In this document: one piece after another, positions 52,912-64,000 of the stretch
Layout: each line of letters starts with the position of its first letter
Position numbering within the stretch: the stretch's first letter is position 1
NCBI GenBank assembly: GCA_902552805.1
Contig: CACDIC010000003.1
Coordinates: 42,518-106,517 of the forward strand
DNA from: an uncultured Pelagibacteraceae bacterium
GTDB lineage: Bacteria; Pseudomonadota; Alphaproteobacteria; Pelagibacterales; Pelagibacteraceae
Direction: 5' to 3'
DNA length: 64,000 nt
Position numbers and translations under genes: made by a program
Notes under the pieces: model-generated
The model's database searches: none
What the model was told of the DNA's origin: nothing
The model's input: only the letters and a program-made list of their open reading frames with translations

Positions 52912-54447
52912 ATGGAAATAAATCCTTCAGAAGTTACAAAAATATTAAAAGAACAAATTAAAAATTTTGGAGAAAAAGCAGAAATTTCTGAGGTTGGACA
53001 GGTATTGTCTGTAGGAGATGGTATAGCAAGAATTTACGGCCTTGATAATGTTCAAGCAGGAGAAATGGTTGAATTTTCTGATGGATCAAAAGGAATGGCT
53101 TTAAATCTAGAAAGTGAAAATGTTGGAGTTGTAATTTTTGGTGACGACCGGAATATTAAAGAAGGTGATGTTGTAAAAAGAACTGGAAGCATTGTAGATA
53201 CCCCCGTTGGAAAAGAGTTGTTAGGTAGAGTAGTAGATGGATTAGGAAATCCAATTGATGGGAAAGGTGCTTTGGACAAAGGCATTAAAAAAAGTAGAGT
53301 TGAAGTTAAGGCACCAGGAATAATTCCAAGACAATCTGTTAGCGAACCAATGCAAACAGGTCTAAAATCAATCGATAGTCTTGTACCTATTGGAAGAGGT
53401 CAACGTGAGTTAATTATTGGAGATCGTCAGACAGGTAAAACTGCTGTAGCAGTTGATACAATTATCAATCAAAAAAAAATTAATGAGTCGGGCGATGAAA
53501 AACAAAAACTTTATTGTATTTATGTTGCCGTTGGTCAAAAACGATCAACTGTAAGACAAATTCAAAAAACTTTAGAAGAAGCTGGAGCCATGGAATATAC
53601 AACTATAGTCGCGGCAACAGCATCTGACTCAGCTCCGCTTCAATTTTTAGCTCCTTACACTGGATGTGCAATGGGAGAATATTTTAGAGATAATGGAATG
53701 CATGCTCTGATTATTTATGATGATTTATCTAAGCAAGCGGTTGCTTACCGACAAATGTCACTGATCTTAAGAAGACCACCAGGTAGAGAGGCATACCCAG
53801 GTGATGTATTTTATCTTCATAGTAGATTACTGGAAAGGGCTGCTAAATTAAGTGATGATCACGGTGGAGGTTCGTTAACAGCTCTTCCGATCATTGAAAC
53901 TCAAGGTGGAGACGTTTCTGCTTATATTCCAACTAATGTAATTTCAATTACTGATGGACAAATTTTCTTAGAAACTGAGTTATTTAACCAAGGTATAAGA
54001 CCAGCAATTAATGTTGGTCTCTCTGTTTCTAGAGTTGGATCAGCTGCGCAAACAAAAGCTATGAAAAAAGTATCAGGATCAATGAAACTTGAATTAGCAC
54101 AATATAGAGAAATGGCAGCTTTTGCTCAATTTGGATCGGATTTAGATGCCTCAACGCAACAGCTTTTGAATAGAGGATCAAAATTAACTGAGTTATTAAA
54201 ACAGAAACAATACTCACCAATGACTGTTGCTGAACAGGTTATATCTGTATTTTGTGGAGTAAAAGGATATTTAGATGATATTGATTTAAAAGATATTGCT
54301 GAATTTGAAAACAAGATCATTGAGAGATGTAAATCTGATAAACCAGAATTAATCCATTCTGTTCAGAGTTCAGGTAAATTAGAAGAGGCAACAGAAAAAA
54401 GCTTAATTGATGTAATTACTAATCTTAAGAAAAATTTTAAATCTTGA
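52912..54447 (+). CDS. atpA: ATP synthase F1 alpha subunit
   Basis: [29 protein letters not shown]. Confidence 0.99.
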   Translation: MEINPSEVTKILKEQIKNFGEKAEISEVGQVLSVGDGIARIYGLDNVQAGEMVEFSDGSKGMALNLESENVGVVIFGDDRNIKEGDVVKRTGSIVDTPVGKELLGRVVDGLGNPIDGKGALDKGIKKSRVEVKAPGIIPRQSVSEPMQTGLKSIDSLVPIGRGQRELIIGDRQTGKTAVAVDTIINQKKINESGDEKQKLYCIYVAVGQKRSTVRQIQKTLEEAGAMEYTTIVAATASDSAPLQFLAPYTGCAMGEYFRDNGMHALIIYDDLSKQAVAYRQMSLILRRPPGREAYPGDVFYLHSRLLERAAKLSDDHGGGSLTALPIIETQGGDVSAYIPTNVISITDGQIFLETELFNQGIRPAINVGLSVSRVGSAAQTKAMKKVSGSMKLELAQYREMAAFAQFGSDLDASTQQLLNRGSKLTELLKQKQYSPMTVAEQVISVFCGVKGYLDDIDLKDIAEFENKIIERCKSDKPELIHSVQSSGKLEEATEKSLIDVITNLKKNFKS

Positions 54448-54454
54448 TTTATTT

Positions 54455-56750
<2,296 letters not shown>

Positions 56751-56751
<1 letters not shown>

Positions 56752-57143
56752 TGAGTGATGAATTTAAAATAGAAATAGTTAATCCAGAGAAATCCTTCTT
56801 ATCAAAAGAGGATGTTAATGAAGTAGTTGTTCCTGCATTTGAGGGAGAAATGGGAATACTAAAAGATCATATTTCTATAATTTCATTTTTAAAACCGGGT
56901 ATTATTACCATTCAAGCAAAATCTGGTGAAGAAAAGTTTTATGTTGAGGATGGAATTATAGAATTTAAAAATAATACTTTATCCATTTTAACTAGCTATA
57001 TCCTTAATTTAAAAGATATTGAGAAAAATAAATTGCTAGAATTATTAAAAGATGCAGAGGAAGAGTCTAATAAACAAGAAATAAGCGATCAATTGAAATA
57101 TTTGGCTGATCAAAAAGTTGAAACTTTAAAGTCTATCAATTAA
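56751..57143 (+). CDS. atpC: ATP synthase F1 epsilon subunit
   Basis: IVNPE, EGEMGILKDH; last in the operon. Confidence 0.92.
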
Positions 57144-57612
57144 TTATTATTTTTATTTTTTCTTTAAGTTGTTTATATACATGATATTTGAAATCCACTA
57201 CCACTTCAGTTATTTTATCTAATTCAATCCATTTCCACTCTAAAAATTCTGGTTTATTTGTTTTAATATTTATATCTTCATCTTTACCCAGGTATCTCAT
57301 TAAAAACCATTTTTGTTTTTGTCCCTTGTATTTACCTTTCCAAATAATACCCAATAAATTTTTTGGTAACTCGTAGGTAATTGTACCTTCTATTTCTTTC
57401 ACAAGTTCTACATTTTTGATACTAGTTTCCTCTTCTAATTCTCTATAAGCAGCAGCTAAAAAATCTTCCCCGTCATCTACACCTCCTTGTGGCATTTGCC
57501 AAAAATTTTTTGGATTATCAATTCGTTTTGCAACAAAAACTTTATTCTCCTTGTTAAGGACAACAATTCCCACTCCACTTCTAAGTGGAAGATTTCTGAA
57601 TTTTTCTTCCAT
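57136..57612 (-). CDS. rppH: RNA pyrophosphohydrolase (Nudix)
   Basis: WQMPQGGVD.GE..AAYRELEEET Nudix box, GQKQKWF, VDFK..VY. Confidence 0.93.
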   Translation of the reverse strand: MEEKFRNLPLRSGVGIVVLNKENKVFVAKRIDNPKNFWQMPQGGVDDGEDFLAAAYRELEEETSIKNVELVKEIEGTITYELPKNLLGIIWKGKYKGQKQKWFLMRYLGKDEDINIKTNKPEFLEWKWIELDKITEVVVDFKYHVYKQLKEKIKIIIN

Positions 57613-57613
57613 A

Positions 57614-58741
57614 TTAGCCTTTGAGAAGTTTAATGGCGTATTCTAACTGATTGTCGGTTTCAGTTTTGATTCTGAAATCATCGTTTTCTTCATCAATTTC
57701 TATATCTGGAGATACACCAACTTCAGAAATAGATTTCCCGGAAGGAAGATAATATTTAGCTACGGTGAGCCTAATTGCTCCATCATTTTTAAGGGGGATG
57801 ATAGATTGTACTGAACCTTTACCATAACTATTTTCACCTAATAAAATTGCTCTTTTATGATCTTTGAGAGCTCCTGCAACTATTTCTGATGCTGAAGCTG
57901 ATCCATAGTTAATAAGAACAATCAAGACTTTTCCATTTGTAAGGTCACCTTTTTTTGCAAACCATTTTCTATTTTCAGAAGGCTTTCTACTTTTTGTAGA
58001 TACGATCTCCCCATTATCTAAGAAAAAGTCGGAGATTTTTATTGCTTGAGAAAGTAGTCCGCCTGGATTGTTTCTTAAATCTAAAATGTATGACTTAACA
58101 TCTTTATTTTTTTCTAATTTTTTAATTTCTCTTTCTATTTGTTTGCCACTATTTTCATTAAAAGAGGTTAGTCTTAAATATCCTATACTATTTTCTAAAA
58201 TATCAGCTTTAACAGATTGAATTTGTATAATCTCTCTTACAACATTAAATATTAGAGCTTTTCTCTCTCCACGCCTTCGAATTGTGAGTTCAATTCCTGA
58301 TCCAACTGGTCCCCTCATTAAATCAACAGCTTCGCTGAGAGATTTGCCCTGAACTTGGACATCATTAATTTTGACGATATAGTCGCCTGCTTTAATTCCT
58401 GCTCTAGATGCTGGCGTGTCATCTATAGGAGAAATGACTTTTACAACACCTGACTCCATACTCACCTCAATACCAAGACCCCCAAATTCGCCACTAGTCT
58501 CAGTCTGCATTTCATTAAATATTTCTGGAGACATGTATGCCGAGTAAGGATCAAGAGATTGTAGAAGGCCATTGATTGCAGAGTCCATACTCTCAGATTG
58601 ATTAATTTCATCTACATATTCTTTATTGATTTTTTCAAGCACTTCTCCAAATAAATCAATTTTTTTGTAAATATCATTTTCAGCAGAATTGACATGTTGA
58701 AATAGAAAACAAAATAAAAATAATGTTAATACTTTTTTCAT
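57614..58741 (-). CDS. ctpA: Carboxyl-terminal processing protease (S41)
   Basis: LDPYS, FGGLG PDZ, DLRNNPGG, SASASEI, GKGSVQ. Confidence 0.95.
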   Translation of the reverse strand: MKKVLTLFLFCFLFQHVNSAENDIYKKIDLFGEVLEKINKEYVDEINQSESMDSAINGLLQSLDPYSAYMSPEIFNEMQTETSGEFGGLGIEVSMESGVVKVISPIDDTPASRAGIKAGDYIVKINDVQVQGKSLSEAVDLMRGPVGSGIELTIRRRGERKALIFNVVREIIQIQSVKADILENSIGYLRLTSFNENSGKQIEREIKKLEKNKDVKSYILDLRNNPGGLLSQAIKISDFFLDNGEIVSTKSRKPSENRKWFAKKGDLTNGKVLIVLINYGSASASEIVAGALKDHKRAILLGENSYGKGSVQSIIPLKNDGAIRLTVAKYYLPSGKSISEVGVSPDIEIDEENDDFRIKTETDNQLEYAIKLLKG

Positions 58742-59091
58742 TAAATAATTAATTTTTCTTTAGGTATTAGTTCGGACCACATTTTTTCAAGTTCATAAAA
58801 TTTTCTTTTTTCTGGGTGAAAAATATGAACAATTAAGTCTATACCATCAATTAATTTCCATTCACTACTATCTGCGCCCTCAATTTTTGAATTTTTTATG
58901 CCACTATCTTTAAATTTTTCCAAAACTTGCTCAGATAAAGATTGTATGTGTCTAGATGAAGTGCCGCTCGCAATAATCATAAAATCAGCCATAGAACTTT
59001 TGTCTTTGAGATCTATGCTTATTATGTCTTGAGCCTTGTTAATATCCAATGTTTTGATGATAGAATTTTTAAGATTTGAAATTTTATCCAT
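58741..59091 (-). CDS. rsfS: Ribosome silencing factor (iojap)
   Basis: KAQDI, IIASGTSSRH, WKLID, VHIF..R.FYELEKMW. Confidence 0.95.
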   Translation of the reverse strand: MDKISNLKNSIIKTLDINKAQDIISIDLKDKSSMADFMIIASGTSSRHIQSLSEQVLEKFKDSGIKNSKIEGADSSEWKLIDGIDLIVHIFHPEKRKFYELEKMWSELIPKEKLII

Positions 59092-59108
59092 TAATTAATT
59101 TTAGACTA

Positions 59109-59630
59109 TCAAATTTTCCTCAATTTAGAAGACGAAATATTGACTTTATTAAAATAGACAAATTTAAATTTCTCACTTTTTAGGGTTTTATATGTCTTTG
59201 AATTTAATGATTTTTTTTTATATCCATATCTATCAAAAACTAAGATATTACATTTTTCTGAAATCTGTTTCCATTTATGCCATTTATGGAAATTGACTAA
59301 ATTATCTGCACCCATTAAGAAAAAAATTTCATTTTTTTTATTTTTGTTGAAGTAATTAATTAGATTTATTGTTTTATTTGACTTAATTTTATTTTCATAA
59401 AATTTGACCTCAATAAATTTATTTTTTTTAATAATTTTTTTACATCCTTTAATTCTAGATTGCAGGCTTAAAGAACTTTTTATTTTAAAAGGATTTTTTT
59501 TTGTAATGGCCCATATAATCTTTTCAAGTTTAAATCTTTTTAATGCTTCTTTAGATATAGCTAGATGACCATTGTGAGCAGGATCAAATGAACCACCTAA
59601 AATTCCAATTCTTTTTTTTTTCAAATTCAA
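59109..59630 (-). CDS. nadD: Nicotinate-nucleotide adenylyltransferase
   Basis: GGSFDPAHNGH, MGADN..FHKW, ISSS; TTG start. Confidence 0.92.
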   Translation of the reverse strand: MNLKKKRIGILGGSFDPAHNGHLAISKEALKRFKLEKIIWAITKKNPFKIKSSLSLQSRIKGCKKIIKKNKFIEVKFYENKIKSNKTINLINYFNKNKKNEIFFLMGADNLVNFHKWHKWKQISEKCNILVFDRYGYKKKSLNSKTYKTLKSEKFKFVYFNKVNISSSKLRKI

Positions 59631-59631
59631 A

Positions 59632-60881
59632 TTACTTCCTCACTTGGCCTCTGCTGGTGACTTGATATTTATAGGAAATAAGTTGATTAAGTCCTACAGG
59701 ACCCCTTGGTGGAAGTGTGTTGGTTGAGATTCCCACCTCGCCACCAAACCCAAATTCACCCCCATCTGCAAACTGTGTTGAAGTATTGTGCATTGCTATT
59801 GAGCTTTTTACTTCATTTAAAAATTTTTTTGCTGCTTTTTTGTTTTGAGTAATAATACAATCCGTATGCATGGTTCCATATTTGTTAATATGCGCTATAG
59901 CTTCATCTATATTTTTTACTGATTTCACAGATACAACAGGTGACAAATATTCTTTTGACCAATCTTTTATCGAAGCTTTCTGAATTTTTTTATCATAAAG
60001 TTTTCTTATATGATTATCACCAATAATTTTACATCCATTTTCTTCTAAATTTTTTAAAATTTTATTTCCAAATTTCTTGATTATTTTTTCGTGTAAAAGA
60101 ATTGTTTCGGTTGCTCCACATATTGCGGTATTCCTCATTTTAGCATTTTGAACTACTTTACTCGCAACCTTAGGATTTGCATCTTTATCAACATAAGAAT
60201 GACAAACACCTTCCAAATGACCAATTGTTGGAACAGATGACAAATCCTGTACTTTTTTAACTAAACTTTTCCCACCCCTTGGAATTATTACATCAATAAA
60301 TTTACTCATTTTTTGTAAAAGAAAATCAACAACACTTCTTTTTTTAAGTTTTAAAAACTGAACAAAATTTTCATCAACATTATTTTTCTTTAGTGATTTT
60401 CTAAAGAATTTTGTGAGAATAAGATTAGAATAATAAGCTTCAGATCCACCTTTTAAAATGACAGCATTCCCAGACTTAAAACATAAAGATGCAACATCTG
60501 CTGTAACATTGGGTCTACTTTCGTATATAACGCCAATTACACCAATAGGTATAGATACTTTTGATATTACTAAACCATTTGGCCTTTTCCATTTTTCCAA
60601 AATGACATTTGTAGGATCCCTTAAACTAATAATTTTTTTTATAGAATTGGTTATCGCAATTATTTTTTTGTCATTTAATATTAATCTTTGGATTAAATTA
60701 TTTTTAATACCTTTTTTGTAGGCATGCTTAATATCTTTTTTATTTTCATTAATTATTAATTTTTTGTTTTTTAAGATTAGAAGACGATAATCTTTTAGAA
60801 CTTCGTCCTTTTTTTTTGTACTTAACTTTTTATTAATAGCTTTTTTTGATTTTTTTCCGATATCAGTTAGTAGCTTTTGCA

Positions 60882-60882
<1 letters not shown>
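59632..60882 (-). CDS. proA: Gamma-glutamyl phosphate reductase
   Basis: IYESRPNVT, LKGGSEA, IPRGG, CGATET, FADGGEFGFGGEVGIST. Confidence 0.97.
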
Positions 60883-62970
<2,088 letters not shown>

Positions 62971-62988
62971 CTATTTTGAGTTGTAATA

Positions 62989-63243
62989 TTAATTGGGTTT
63001 TACTGAAACAAAAGTTCTATCGGATTTTGTTTTTTTAAAAACAACTTTACCTTTTATCACTGAAAAAATTGAGTGGTCTTTACCCATACCCACATTTTCT
63101 CCCGGAAATATCTTAGTACCTCTTTGTCTAACAATTATGTTGCCAGGAATAACATTTTGACCACCGTATTTTTTTACACCAAGTCTTCTGCCAGCACTAT
63201 CTCTACCGTTTCTTGATGATCCACCAGCTTTTTTCGTAGCCAT
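62989..63243 (-). CDS. rpmA: 50S ribosomal protein L27
   Basis: [24 protein letters not shown]. Confidence 0.98.
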   Translation of the reverse strand: MATKKAGGSSRNGRDSAGRRLGVKKYGGQNVIPGNIIVRQRGTKIFPGENVGMGKDHSIFSVIKGKVVFKKTKSDRTFVSVKPN

Positions 63244-63254
63244 ATTTTATTCCT

Positions 63255-63653
63255 TTATTTACTCAATTCCTTTTTTTCAGAATCTTTTTTTGTTGGTTTA
63301 GAAATCTTCTCAGCCTCTGATAAAATCTTACCATCTTTTGAAAAAATTTTGTTTATTCTAATCATAGAATACTCTTGTCTATGACCATTTTTTCTTCTTG
63401 AGTTTTGTCTTCTTCTCTTTTTAAAAATAAGTACAGTTCTATTTTTACTATTTTTTATTAGGTTTGCTTCAACTTTGGCACCTTGAATTGTTGGTGAACC
63501 AATTTCTATTACTTTATTATCACCATATGCCAATATATCATTAAACTCAATTTTAGTGTCGGATTTTGAATTTGGTAATTTTTCAATTTTTAAAATTTCA
63601 CCAGACTTCACTTTATATTGTTTACCACCTGATTGTATAACTGCGTATGACAT
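63255..63653 (-). CDS. rplU: 50S ribosomal protein L21
   Basis: YAVIQSGGKQYKV, FKKRRRQNSRRKNGHRQ. Confidence 0.97.
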   Translation of the reverse strand: MSYAVIQSGGKQYKVKSGEILKIEKLPNSKSDTKIEFNDILAYGDNKVIEIGSPTIQGAKVEANLIKNSKNRTVLIFKKRRRQNSRRKNGHRQEYSMIRINKIFSKDGKILSEAEKISKPTKKDSEKKELSK

Positions 63654-63674
63654 AAAATAGATTTTTTACCAGGC

Positions 63675-63702
63675 AATATAGTCAGGGCATTTCTTTAGTC
63701 AA
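63675..63702 (-). promoter_or_regulatory. sigma70 promoter of the rplU-rpmA-obgE block
   Basis: Minus strand TTGACT (63702-63697), 16 bp, TATATT (63680-63675). Confidence 0.65.
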
Positions 63703-63711
63703 GCTTATTAA

Positions 63712-64000
63712 CTAAAAATTATCCTTTAAATCTCTCAATTTTGAAAAACTTTCTAAATCTTTTGCTTTAAGAAATATATTACATTCTAATTCATCGGCTA
63801 AAGTACTTGGTATTGTTGGTAATGCATTCTGAAGTTTTTTATTTATCTCTAGGATTTTATTTTTTAATTTTAAATTACCAGAGTCATTGGCGATACAAAA
63901 ATTTGAGTTTTGTAAAGTGTATTCATGGCCACAATATATTTCTGTATCTTTTGGTAATGATTTAATTTTTTTTAGTGAATTATACATTTGTTCGTAGGTA
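63712..64000 (-). CDS. gloB: Hydroxyacylglutathione hydrolase (glyoxalase II), C-terminal part; 5' end outside window
   Basis: QMYNSL..LP.DT.IYCGHEYT..N..F, PTIPSTL..E...N.FL, LRDLKDNF. Confidence 0.9.
   Translation of the reverse strand, partial: TYEQMYNSLKKIKSLPKDTEIYCGHEYTLQNSNFCIANDSGNLKLKNKILEINKKLQNALPTIPSTLADELECNIFLKAKDLESFSKLRDLKDNF

Overview
Very AT-rich, gene-dense bacterial chromosome segment with tiny or overlapping intergenic spacers. Gene content and order (DMSP demethylase dmdA with dmdB/dmdC, structured ffh leader, alphaproteobacterial TCA/ATP synthase blocks) point to a streamlined SAR11/Pelagibacter-type alphaproteobacterium; this is inferred from recognised proteins, not from a database search. 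Left to right: IalB-like protein (partial), aldo/keto reductase, BI-1/YccA, DUF2794-like, ispZ, hspQ, ccmCDEFGH, a PagL-like deacylase, then a ~12 kb 2-hydroxy/2-oxo-acid cluster (two tandem FMN alpha-hydroxy-acid dehydrogenases, aminotransferase, FAD D-lactate-dehydrogenase-like enzyme, glyoxylate reductase, TakP-type TRAP transporter, amidase, an unannotated 58-aa membrane protein, DMT transporter, hydrolase). After ftsY-dapF comes a ~34 kb co-oriented run: ffh, rpsP, trmD, rplS, leuCDB, dmdC-dmdB-hydrolase-dmdA, asd, sdhCDAB, mmsA, mdh, sucCDAB, lpdA, a GT2, priA, atpHAGDC. The minus-strand block rplU-rpmA-obgE-proBA-nadD-rsfS-ctpA-rppH and a partial gloB close the window. I saw no rRNA, tRNA, CRISPR array, transposase or prophage gene. 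Most of the window is core genome and I cannot claim a proven new system. The best leads are: (1) a long hairpin with a pyrimidine-rich, anti-SD-like loop between hspQ and ccmC; (2) the hydroxy/oxo-acid-amide cluster, whose two paralogues carry reciprocal FMN-site substitutions; (3) the uncharacterised serine hydrolase inside the dmd operon, which may act with mmsA in place of dmdD.
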